DNA from: a virus
Strand: one strand, 5' to 3'
Length of the DNA: 53,124 nt
IMG/VR virus record: IMGVR_UViG_3300014572_000006
Shown: positions 8,085-15,876 of the stretch, piece by piece
How positions within the stretch are numbered: position 1 is the stretch's first letter
Layout: every line of letters begins with the position of its first letter
Made by a program: the position numbers and the translations under genes
Notes under the pieces: model-generated
Told to the model about the DNA's origin: nothing
What the model saw: the letters and a program-made list of their open reading frames with translations, nothing else
Database searches by the model: none

Positions 8085-8995
8085 TCACCCAGTAGCTCGC
8101 AAAGGTGCTCCAGCTTGGCAATCTCCATGTCGGTGTTGTCACCGAAGATGACGTGGAGCTGGTTCAGCATGATTTCCACATCAGCCCTCTCTTCGGAGAT
8201 CGCCGCCAGGATTTCCGCCTCATCGCCCTGCTCATGGTCCTTGAAGCGCAGATACTTGAGTAGGGCCTTTTGCAGCTCGCTCATCTCTTCTACCGCCATG
8301 AGGATTTGAGCGCTCTCCCCGAACTGCTCCACGGCCTGCTCATAGAGGGCCATTTCCGCTTGCTCCGGGGTCTCATCCACTCCAGGCTGCGGACCGTCGG
8401 CGGGCCGGATTTCTGCCGCTCTCTTCTTGTCCTCGGCGTCAAGGATAGATGCCAAGATGTCAGATTTCAGAGTTAAAGCCGGGCGCACACCCCCGCTGCC
8501 GAAGTACGCGTCGCTGCAGTAGAGGCTCCCGTCCGAGTTCACGTAGCGCACGAAAGAGGTCCCGGAACTCTTCGGGGTCCCGTCCGGCGTGATGAGCCAG
8601 CGCCAATGCTCCTGCGCGGGGTGCAGATCGCGGGTCTGCCGGTACTCATCGGCGGTGAGCATCGTTACCTTGTCCAGACAGTTTCCGTAGTCCCGGAGGC
8701 CGTCATCGGCGGTCAGGTCGCGGTAGGTGGGGACAATGGCGTCTTTCAGGCCGGGGCATTCAGCGATGAGGTTATCCAGGAACTCGCCGTTGAGCCGCTT
8801 CCGCAGGCTCGCCTTGTTCCAGTCGTTGCAGTCATTCTCATCAAAGGGGGCCTGGAAGGCGTCTTCGGTGGCCTCGCAGAAGTAGAGATCGGAGCAGCCC
8901 GGCATCGGCGCCGGAGTGGTCCGCAGCACAATCCAGTCCAGACCGGCCACGTGGAACACGTCTCCGTACTTGAAAGTCCTCTTTTGCTCTTGCAT
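8081..8995 (-). CDS. Second DGR target: VR-bearing ligand-binding-type domain fused to a C-terminal MazG-like NTP pyrophosphohydrolase domain
   Basis: Contains VR2 (WRWLITP...VRYVNSDGSLYCSDAYFGSGGVRPALTL). The C-terminus carries LMAVEEMSELQKALLKYLR...ISEERADVEIMLNQL, a MazG-type pattern. Confidence 0.8.
   Translation of the reverse strand: MQEQKRTFKYGDVFHVAGLDWIVLRTTPAPMPGCSDLYFCEATEDAFQAPFDENDCNDWNKASLRKRLNGEFLDNLIAECPGLKDAIVPTYRDLTADDGLRDYGNCLDKVTMLTADEYRQTRDLHPAQEHWRWLITPDGTPKSSGTSFVRYVNSDGSLYCSDAYFGSGGVRPALTLKSDILASILDAEDKKRAAEIRPADGPQPGVDETPEQAEMALYEQAVEQFGESAQILMAVEEMSELQKALLKYLRFKDHEQGDEAEILAAISEERADVEIMLNQLHVIFGDNTDMEIAKLEHLCELLGE
8476..8554 (-). repeat. DGR variable region 2 (VR2)
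   Basis: Aligns without gaps to TR 31185..31263. There are 11 differences, all where the TR coding strand has A. The 3' GC-rich block is identical. Confidence 0.85.
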
Positions 8996-9014
8996 GGTAA
9001 ATTCCTCCTGATTT

Positions 9015-9197
9015 TTATTTCCCCGGCTTCTGGCCGTGGTTTATCTGTGGTGGCTTGACCTGTCCGCACCGGGTCGGGTGGTTCAAGCAGGGGTTCTTGC
9101 AATTCTTATCCCGGTAGCCGCAATCGGCGCAGCAGATGTTTCCGTGCCGCCGGTCACAGTTGAAGAGCTTACATCGGCGTGGTGCTGTCTTACTCAC
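9015..9197 (-). CDS. Small Cys-rich hypothetical protein
   Basis: 60-aa ORF with 10 Cys (CKLFNCDRRHGNICCADCGYRDKNCKNPC). Confidence 0.4.
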   Translation of the reverse strand: MSKTAPRRCKLFNCDRRHGNICCADCGYRDKNCKNPCLNHPTRCGQVKPPQINHGQKPGK

Positions 9198-9211
9198 GGG
9201 GCCTCACCTCC

Positions 9212-9469
9212 TTAGCGGATGCGCCTCGGACACCACCGGGGAGATGTCTTGATTTGCGGAGCACTTTCTCCCGGTGCAGTAAAGGCGATAAAACCCGGCA
9301 TACGTGGACTGCGCGGGCACGTCCTCTTGAACGTCTCCAGCGCGTCCGGGTGTCTGCATACACATTCACCCCGAGGGCCTTTTCTGTGCCAGCTATTTGC
9401 CGTGAGCTTTGCCCGTCCCATCAGTTCCATGTAATGGCACTCCGAGCATACAGGCGTATCTTTTTCCAT
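9212..9469 (-). CDS. Small Cys-rich hypothetical protein
   Basis: I prefer the internal ATG at 9469 (MEKDTPVCSECHYMEL...), which lies 10 nt after GGGAGG. The longer track ORF overlaps the upstream gene. Confidence 0.35.
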   Translation of the reverse strand: MEKDTPVCSECHYMELMGRAKLTANSWHRKGPRGECVCRHPDALETFKRTCPRSPRMPGFIAFTAPGESAPQIKTSPRWCPRRIR

Positions 9470-9476
9470 CCTCGGC

Positions 9477-10067
9477 TTACCTCCCAAAGTAGATACCGCA
9501 GTCCTCGCAGTAGATGACGTCGGCTCCCTGTTCAAATTCGGCCTGGTAGATGTACCCCTGCCCGTAAAGGTCCGAGTGCTCACCGCTCAGGACGTCCCGT
9601 GCGGTCTCCCAGGCCCGCGCAACGGCGTGGGCCTCTCCGGGCTTGACGGCCCGGTCCGGCCACACTACGCCAGTCCAATAAAAGCGCCCATACTGCCGGT
9701 AGGCCGTGAGCACTTCCTCCACGGTGTCCGGGAAACGGTCATCCTCCATCCGGTTCAGGATGACATCGCCCACACGATGGCGGCACAGGTCGCAGCAGGC
9801 GTCCCCGCCCGCCTCCTGGTAGATCGCGCAGGCCAGCATCTCAACCTCTTCCTCGGTCCAACCGGGATAGGGCGAGACGGTGGGGACCGGCGATGCGGTG
9901 AGGGTAGGCGTCGGGTCCACCATCAGGACCGGAAGCTCCGTCACGTCCGCAGGCTCAGCAAAGGCCGCACCTCTGGCCTGCCCTGGCGTAAACAGGGCGC
10001 TCACAAACACCAGGGCGCACAGGGCGCCACAAGCAAGGGTCATCGTCCGTTCTTTCACTTGTTCCAT
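9477..10067 (-). CDS. Secreted SleB-family cell-wall hydrolase (Hydrolase_2 domain)
   Basis: N-terminal signal-like segment (LACGALCALVFVSALF). Then LACAIYQEAGGD...VGDVILNRMEDDRFPDTVEEVLTAYRQY. Confidence 0.7.
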   Translation of the reverse strand: MEQVKERTMTLACGALCALVFVSALFTPGQARGAAFAEPADVTELPVLMVDPTPTLTASPVPTVSPYPGWTEEEVEMLACAIYQEAGGDACCDLCRHRVGDVILNRMEDDRFPDTVEEVLTAYRQYGRFYWTGVVWPDRAVKPGEAHAVARAWETARDVLSGEHSDLYGQGYIYQAEFEQGADVIYCEDCGIYFGR

Positions 10068-10750
10068 CCTCTCCGTTCATAGAATTTTTCTTCGTTTTCG
10101 TAGGCTTCCTCTACGGTTTTAATGCCACAGTCCCTAAGATTTTGCATGACGCTCTCAATGTACCCCCAAAAGAGCTTCCCACGCTTCCGGCCCTGTTCAA
10201 AGGCGTAGCCCAGCAGCTCCTTGTTTTCCTCCGGGAATGACATGGACCACTCTCCATCCTCATTCTGAGACTGGACCATGATCTGAAAGAACGTCCGCTT
10301 CTCATCGTATGGCCCAGGGGTCTTGCCTGGGAAGAACTCTGCCCACAGGTGGGCGGTGGTCTCCGCAAGCTCCACCCCCAGGGCCTCCGTGTAGCCGAAA
10401 TAGCTTGTCGGGTCCTCTTTGAACTCTGCCAGGAAGTCTCCCTCCAGGTCATCCGGGGGCGGCTGCCAGCCCTCCATCTCTTCCACTGAGCGGAGATGGT
10501 AGGTGCTGGGCCGCCCCTTGATGCCTGGGGTGAAGTCCAGATAGCCGCCGTCTATAAGCTCCTGTCGGGCCGCTATGGTGGTGGTCCTTGATTTAGTGTT
10601 TATCATCGCGCATAGCCTACTGTTGTCCAGGGCGAAGTGCTCCGGCCAGCGCAGGCTATTGGCTAAATCCATCAGCTTGTACCATAGGAGCTGCGCGGCC
10701 ATAGATAGAGGGGTCCGCCTCATGCGGTTGGCGAAAGCTCGGTGCTCCAT
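10055..10750 (-). CDS. Replication initiation / DnaD-domain-like protein
   Basis: N-terminal winged-helix-like region, and a C-terminal stretch YAFEQGRKRGKLFWGYIESVMQNLRDCGIKTVEE that resembles a DnaD domain. Confidence 0.45.
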   Translation of the reverse strand: MEHRAFANRMRRTPLSMAAQLLWYKLMDLANSLRWPEHFALDNSRLCAMINTKSRTTTIAARQELIDGGYLDFTPGIKGRPSTYHLRSVEEMEGWQPPPDDLEGDFLAEFKEDPTSYFGYTEALGVELAETTAHLWAEFFPGKTPGPYDEKRTFFQIMVQSQNEDGEWSMSFPEENKELLGYAFEQGRKRGKLFWGYIESVMQNLRDCGIKTVEEAYENEEKFYERRGWNK

Positions 10751-10810
10751 GATGTACCTCAGGCGGACCCCTCCTTTCCGTGGATTTGAGGCCGCCCGGC
10801 CTCATGGGTT

Positions 10811-13800
10811 TCACTCCATCGTTACAGAGCTACCGTCTTCGCCGCCGGTCACGATGATATTTTGACTGAACCGCGCTTTCATGGTCGGGTCATGGGAGAT
10901 AGCCAAAATCCGCATATTGGGGTTTCTGGCCGCCATGTTCACCAGCGCGTCCGCGTAAGCCTCCGTCCCGTCCGCGTCCAGGAAGGGCGGCTCATCAATG
11001 AAGAGCATACCGAGCTGGACGCCTGCCCTCCGTGCCTTGACGTCGGCCAGGCCCAGGGTGACGGCCAGGGCTATCTTCACCTTTTCGCCGCCGCTGTGGG
11101 ACTGATAGGGCCGGTTCCCGCCGGTGATGGTGTTAATCCAGACCTCCAGGCTGTTGACTACCGTTTTTGTGCTCTTCTGCTCGCGCTCGGTGCGGATGTC
11201 AACGGCCATGCGCCCGCCGGTCATGGCGGCCAGGATGTCGTTGCTCTGCCGCATAATCTCCGGGACCACACCCCGGATAATCATGTACTGAATACCGTCC
11301 AGGCCAAAGGCTTGAGTAAGCACCGTATAGTCATTCAGGGTGGCCGCCGCGTCCTCGATGTCCCGCCGGAGCTTTGCCGTCTGCGCCTCGGCCTCGGAGA
11401 TCGCCTCCAGCTTGGCCTTGATGACCCCGCGCTGGGTAGCAAATTCGGTGAGGCTCTTCCGGCGGCTCTCCAGGGCGGCCCGCAGGCCCTTAACGTCCCC
11501 AGGCGCTTTCGGTGCTCGCTGCCGGATGTCCTCGGCCTCCTGGTGCGCGGTGGTGACTTTCCGGGTCAGCTCCGCAATCTCCAGGCGCAGGCGCTCAAGC
11601 TGCGGCTCCAGGGCGTCGGCGGTCGCGCCGGCCGCTTGGCAGTCGGCCAGATGTCCGGCGATGGGTTCATCGTCTTCAATGCTCTTCTTCGCGGCCTGGT
11701 ACTCGATGACCGCCAGCCCCAGGGCCGCCCGCTCCGCGTCAATCTCCACAGTCCGCTCCTTGGCGTCCTGGGCGGTCTGTTCGGCGGCCTGGATGGAGGC
11801 GGTGATTTCCTCCAGCTTCGCTTCTGCCGCCGCGATCTGCGGCGCGATGGCGGTCATGGTCCGGTAGGTATGCTCCTTGGCCTCCAGCTCCGCCAGGTCT
11901 CCCGACGGATTACCCAGGGCCTCATGCGCTGCCAGGACCTCTTCATAGGCTTTCGTCAGCTCTTCATACCGGGCGCGGTCCTCCGCTTTCATGGTCTCCA
12001 GGGAGTAGGACAGCTCCGGGATAGCGGCCTGAGCTGCCACAGCGGACACCAGGAACTTGCAAGTAGCGGTCTCCGGCACAGGGCAACCGCTGTCGGCCAG
12101 CTTCCCGGCCTCGGCCTGAGCCGCCGCAAGGCGGGATTGAAGCTCCCCGATGCGGACCCGGCTGTCTGCCAGGTGCTTGTCTTTGGCCTCCCGTGCGGCC
12201 AGCAGCGCCTTAGTAGTCTCAAAGGACTTGGCAAGCCGCTCCTGGGCCTCCGCTTTTACCGGGGCCAGGGCGTCAAGCGCGGCCTGGGCCGCCTCCACGT
12301 CCGGCTTTCTGTCGATGATGTCCTGGTACTGCCGGAGCTTTCTCCGGGCCGCCTCCGCGTCCTGCTCCGCCTTGCCGATTTCATCCCGGAGGCGGGACAG
12401 CTCCTTTAGCAGCTCCTTGTCCCGGTCCACCTTGGGGGAGAGGTCCTGGAGTTTTGCCCGCGCCGCCTTGACCCTCTCAGCGGCGTCCTGGGCGTCTCGG
12501 AGACCGTTTGCAAGGTGGCGGGCGTCCTGGTATTGGCCCTCCAGTTTCTCCAGCTCCAGAGCCTTTCTGTCTCGCTCCCGGTCATATTCCTTGGCCTGGG
12601 CGTCCTTATCCTCGGCCTGCCGTATCACTTCGGCAAGCAGAGCCTCGGCACTCTCCAGCGCCCGGAGGTCCGCCTCGCCGGATGCTACGTCATGGACAGC
12701 TTCGTCCATCTCTTCGGACAGCACCATGTCCTCATCCAGTAGCTCATCCTTTTCGCTGATCTGCTCGCCCAGGACGTTGATACGCTCCTTGAGGGCGGCG
12801 ATGGTACGGCGCTGCTCCGTAGCGGATGCCTTGGCGATGTCCTCCATCCTGCCGTAGATGTCCAGGCCCAGGAGGGCAGATAGGACCTCCATGCGCCGGT
12901 CGCTGTCGGCGTCCAGGAAGAGGCCGTAGGCGTCCTGCCGGATGAGGGCGATGCTACAAAAGGTGTTGCAGTCCATACCGAGCAGCCGCTCAATGCGGGC
13001 CTGGGTCAGCTTCATGGTAGTGTCGCTCTCATCTGCCCAGGCGTCCCCCTCCGGGTTCCACCGCTGGAGGGCCAGGGTGCCGCGCCCGCTCTTGGTCCTG
13101 GTGCGGATGACCCGGTAGTCCTGCCCGCCCAGGGCAAAGGAAAAGATGATGCTGCCGCTTTTTGTCCCGTCGCGGACCCAGCCGCCGATGTCCTCTTTCC
13201 GGGTCTGCTCGTAGAGGCAGTCCGCGATTGCGTCCATGAAGAGAGAGGACTTGCCGACACCGTTCTGGCCGTTCACCATCGCCATGTGTACCGGGGAGAA
13301 GTCAAAGGCCGCCTCCGTGTAGCTCCGGTAGTTCTTGACCTCAATCGTCCGGGGCATAAAGGCTCCGGCGTGTTTGCTGTCCTCGCGTCCATCGTCGGCC
13401 TGCTTGATGATCGGCGCGGCCAGCTCCATGAGGCGGGCCGCTTTCTCGCCGGTGATGTCGTTGGTCTCCAGCCAGCGTGACAAGCACTCGGCGGGGCCGT
13501 CGTGCTCCGTGAGCTGGTCCTTGGCGTCCAGGGCCTCCACGTCATCCGGGATAATCTCGGCCACATAAAACGCTCCGGCGTCCATCAGGCGCTTTTGCAG
13601 CTCGGCCCGGTTAAAGGCTTTTTCCTGCTCCAGTGTGCAGGAATACCGGACCCGGACCACGCGCCCCTCCACATCCCCAGGATTGAGGGTGCCGCTGGAG
13701 ATGAATTCGGACACGTCCTGCTGCTTCATCGTCACCGTCCGGTGTACTCGCTCCGGGGTGCGCTGGAACTCCGAGGCCACGCTCCGGTCCCCGTCTGAAA

Positions 13801-14596
13801 ACTGGTGCAGCCAGAAGCCATGAGCGGTCCCCTCATCGTTGAAAGTGAGCTGGTTCACGCTTCCGCAGTAGTAGGCCGGTGTGGTAGAGCTGAGGCGCTG
13901 GGGCTTGTGGATGTGGCCGAAGCAGGCCAGGTCCACGCCCGCCGCGTCGATGGTGGCCGGGAGGACCACCACGTCCTGTCCGGCAAGGAACGTGCTGCCA
14001 TTGTCAGCCTCGCTCCCGCTTACCGTGTAGTGGGCCGTGAGGATGGATGGGAGGCTCCTGTCCAGCTCCGTAGCCAGCCCCAGGATGATGTCGTTGACAA
14101 GGGCGGTGGCGTTCCGGTTCTCCGTCTCCTTATCAGCACCAGGGCAGAAGAGGCGCAGCCGCGCCTTGTCGAAGCCGGGGACGGCCATGATCTGGACCGG
14201 CCCCTCCGATGTCACCAGGCGTTCCACCCTCGGCTCGGTGTAAATGTGTAGGTTCTTGAGGTCCGGCGTTGCCTTGCGGATGACCTCAAAGGCGCGGGGG
14301 TTATCATGGTTCATCGTGCCGAACAGCAGCACCACCGCGTCGCTGTACTCGCACAGAGGGACGATGAAGCGGGAAATGGCGTCGTTGACGTCATCCAGGG
14401 CGGTATCGGCCCACACGCGGGACCGATTGAAGAGATCGCCCGCGATGATGGTCACGGTCGGCCCCTCCGTCCGGGCCTTGTTCACAATGGCGTCCATGCA
14501 CCGCAAGGTGTCTTGGCGGCGCAGATTTGCGCCGTCCTTGGTGGGGCCTGCCAGGTCCCCCAGGTGAATGTCGCCGGTGTGCAGTATCTTAATCAT
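10811..14596 (-). CDS. Single-chain SbcD(Mre11)-SbcC(Rad50) fusion: metallophosphoesterase nuclease plus SMC-like ATPase
   Basis: Nuclease motifs: ILHTGDIHLGD, IAGDLFN, GTMNHD, FGHIHKPQ. ATPase motifs: Walker A NGQNGVGKSS, a long Ala/Glu/Lys-rich coiled coil, signature SGGEKVK, Walker B MLFIDEPPFLD, and ILAISHD. Confidence 0.85.
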   Translation of the reverse strand: MIKILHTGDIHLGDLAGPTKDGANLRRQDTLRCMDAIVNKARTEGPTVTIIAGDLFNRSRVWADTALDDVNDAISRFIVPLCEYSDAVVLLFGTMNHDNPRAFEVIRKATPDLKNLHIYTEPRVERLVTSEGPVQIMAVPGFDKARLRLFCPGADKETENRNATALVNDIILGLATELDRSLPSILTAHYTVSGSEADNGSTFLAGQDVVVLPATIDAAGVDLACFGHIHKPQRLSSTTPAYYCGSVNQLTFNDEGTAHGFWLHQFSDGDRSVASEFQRTPERVHRTVTMKQQDVSEFISSGTLNPGDVEGRVVRVRYSCTLEQEKAFNRAELQKRLMDAGAFYVAEIIPDDVEALDAKDQLTEHDGPAECLSRWLETNDITGEKAARLMELAAPIIKQADDGREDSKHAGAFMPRTIEVKNYRSYTEAAFDFSPVHMAMVNGQNGVGKSSLFMDAIADCLYEQTRKEDIGGWVRDGTKSGSIIFSFALGGQDYRVIRTRTKSGRGTLALQRWNPEGDAWADESDTTMKLTQARIERLLGMDCNTFCSIALIRQDAYGLFLDADSDRRMEVLSALLGLDIYGRMEDIAKASATEQRRTIAALKERINVLGEQISEKDELLDEDMVLSEEMDEAVHDVASGEADLRALESAEALLAEVIRQAEDKDAQAKEYDRERDRKALELEKLEGQYQDARHLANGLRDAQDAAERVKAARAKLQDLSPKVDRDKELLKELSRLRDEIGKAEQDAEAARRKLRQYQDIIDRKPDVEAAQAALDALAPVKAEAQERLAKSFETTKALLAAREAKDKHLADSRVRIGELQSRLAAAQAEAGKLADSGCPVPETATCKFLVSAVAAQAAIPELSYSLETMKAEDRARYEELTKAYEEVLAAHEALGNPSGDLAELEAKEHTYRTMTAIAPQIAAAEAKLEEITASIQAAEQTAQDAKERTVEIDAERAALGLAVIEYQAAKKSIEDDEPIAGHLADCQAAGATADALEPQLERLRLEIAELTRKVTTAHQEAEDIRQRAPKAPGDVKGLRAALESRRKSLTEFATQRGVIKAKLEAISEAEAQTAKLRRDIEDAAATLNDYTVLTQAFGLDGIQYMIIRGVVPEIMRQSNDILAAMTGGRMAVDIRTEREQKSTKTVVNSLEVWINTITGGNRPYQSHSGGEKVKIALAVTLGLADVKARRAGVQLGMLFIDEPPFLDADGTEAYADALVNMAARNPNMRILAISHDPTMKARFSQNIIVTGGEDGSSVTME

Positions 14597-14735
14597 GGTC
14601 CGCCTCCTTTCTCGCGTCTTCCTTGGCCTGAGCTAAGGCTCCATCCAGGTAGGCCCGCCAATAGCGGCAATCCCCGCCGTCCGGCTCCCGGCTTTCCTCT
14701 TCCATGCGCTGCCGGGCAAATTCAATCACGCTCAT
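14589..14735 (-). CDS. 48-aa hypothetical peptide
   Basis: My own translation: MSVIEFARQRMEEESREPDGGDCRYWRAYLDGALAQAKEDARKEADHD. It overlaps both neighbours (ATGA at its start). Confidence 0.3.
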   Translation of the reverse strand: MSVIEFARQRMEEESREPDGGDCRYWRAYLDGALAQAKEDARKEADHD

Positions 14736-15763
14736 CTCCTCTGCGCTCCTTTCATCTTCTCTTGGCACTCAGGGCAGAGGACCCGCCCAAAGGTGCGCTG
14801 ACTGTACCCCACAATGTCCTCCGCGCTCCACTTACGGCCATTCCTGCTCTGACCGCCGGTAATCTCCCGGCGGCACTCCGAACAGAACACGCCCTGCGGC
14901 TCCGGGTCCGCCCAATCCGGGACAGCTCCGTACTCCGGCGATCTGCTCCAGCTATCCTCCGGCTCTTCCGGTGCCTCATCCCAGGGCATAGGCCCCTCAT
15001 CCTCGTAGGGGGTGACGGTCTCGGCGGCCTGCGCCGCCGGGAGGCTCGCCCTGGACGCCTGGGTGGGCATCTCAAAGAGCATACCCATCGACTGGAGGTA
15101 GTTGCTCGCCACGGCCTGCTTGATTTCTGGGGCGTCCAGGTTGGGGACCACGCGGGCCACGATAAAGGGCTTTTTCAATTCCTCATAGGCGTAGGTCCCG
15201 GCCAGGCCCAGGGCGGCCCGGATAGCCCGCATAAAGGCTTTGCTCTCAGCCATGGCGGTGCGGTGGGGGAGGAAGCGCCGGAACTGCTGACCGTTGGCTC
15301 CGTCTTTCATCCCGGCGGCCTCCAGGGTGCAGTCAATCTCCTTGGTGGCTTTCATCAGCCGGAAGCCGCCGGACGGCTCCGGGACCCGGATAGTCACGGT
15401 GACGGCTACGTCGTGGACGTGCTCACAGGTGCCGCATACCCTGGGCTTTCCGGTGGCCCGCGCCATTTCAATGCACCGCTGGCAGCCCTCGGTCCGCTCG
15501 GTGGCGGTGTCCACGATGCTGATATTGGCCGCCGCAGCCAGCTTCATGCCGCCTACCTTGGTGATGGCAAAGGCGCTGCTGGACTTCTCGTAGTAGATGT
15601 CCTTGCTCGGCCCCCGGTTGGAGCTGTCCTGCCGGACGTCGAGCTGGACCTCGGAGACGGTGATCCGCTGGAGGTTGCTCGCTACCTGCATGGTGGTGAC
15701 GGGGACCAGGACGTTGTACTTGTCCTTGGGGTACTTGTTGAGTTGGACGATGGCATTTTCCAT
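14732..15763 (-). CDS. Hypothetical recombination protein, possibly a RecT/Red-beta-like single-strand annealing protein with Zn-ribbon inserts
   Basis: 343-aa ORF next to the SbcCD fusion. HRTAMAESKAFMRAIRAALGL resembles the conserved RecT/Bet helix. CxxC pairs are present (CQRC...CGTC and CSEC...CPEC). Confidence 0.4.
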   Translation of the reverse strand: MENAIVQLNKYPKDKYNVLVPVTTMQVASNLQRITVSEVQLDVRQDSSNRGPSKDIYYEKSSSAFAITKVGGMKLAAAANISIVDTATERTEGCQRCIEMARATGKPRVCGTCEHVHDVAVTVTIRVPEPSGGFRLMKATKEIDCTLEAAGMKDGANGQQFRRFLPHRTAMAESKAFMRAIRAALGLAGTYAYEELKKPFIVARVVPNLDAPEIKQAVASNYLQSMGMLFEMPTQASRASLPAAQAAETVTPYEDEGPMPWDEAPEEPEDSWSRSPEYGAVPDWADPEPQGVFCSECRREITGGQSRNGRKWSAEDIVGYSQRTFGRVLCPECQEKMKGAQRR

Positions 15764-15784
15764 ATTGGGTAATCTCCTTTCGGC

Positions 15785-15814
15785 TTGACAGGGCCGGTAG
15801 GAATGTGCTACAAT
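15785..15814 (+). promoter_or_regulatory. Near-consensus plus-strand promoter (TTGACA, 18-nt spacer, TGcTACAAT), antisense to the surrounding genes
   Basis: TTGACA at 15785..15790 and TACAAT at 15809..15814, with TG at 15806..15807. Confidence 0.45.
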
Positions 15815-15820
15815 AATTCC

Positions 15821-15876
15821 AGGTTAGTTATTTTCGCGCTTGGCCGCTTCCCGTTGCACCGGGGGCGGCCTTTTCC
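15821..15876 (+). ncRNA. Candidate ~55-nt antisense sRNA
   Basis: Predicted start ~7 nt after the -10 element. A GC hairpin at 15842..15870 (ggccgc..cccg ttgcac cggg..gcggcc) is followed by TTTT. It is antisense to the 3' end of the 15828..16334 gene. Confidence 0.3.

Noticed and set aside
10862-12409. Long plus-strand ORFs in the track. Examples: 10862..12409 (515 aa), 14306..15772 (488 aa), 45214..46764 (516 aa), 37403..38614, 41179..42291, 49083..50171, 28123..29205.
   Set aside because: They lie antisense to well-supported minus-strand genes (SbcCD, RecT-like, capsid, tape measure, sheath, portal, tail fibre). Their composition is low-complexity and rich in Gly/Ala/Arg/Leu/Val. They lack RBSs. 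This is typical of shadow ORFs in GC-rich DNA.
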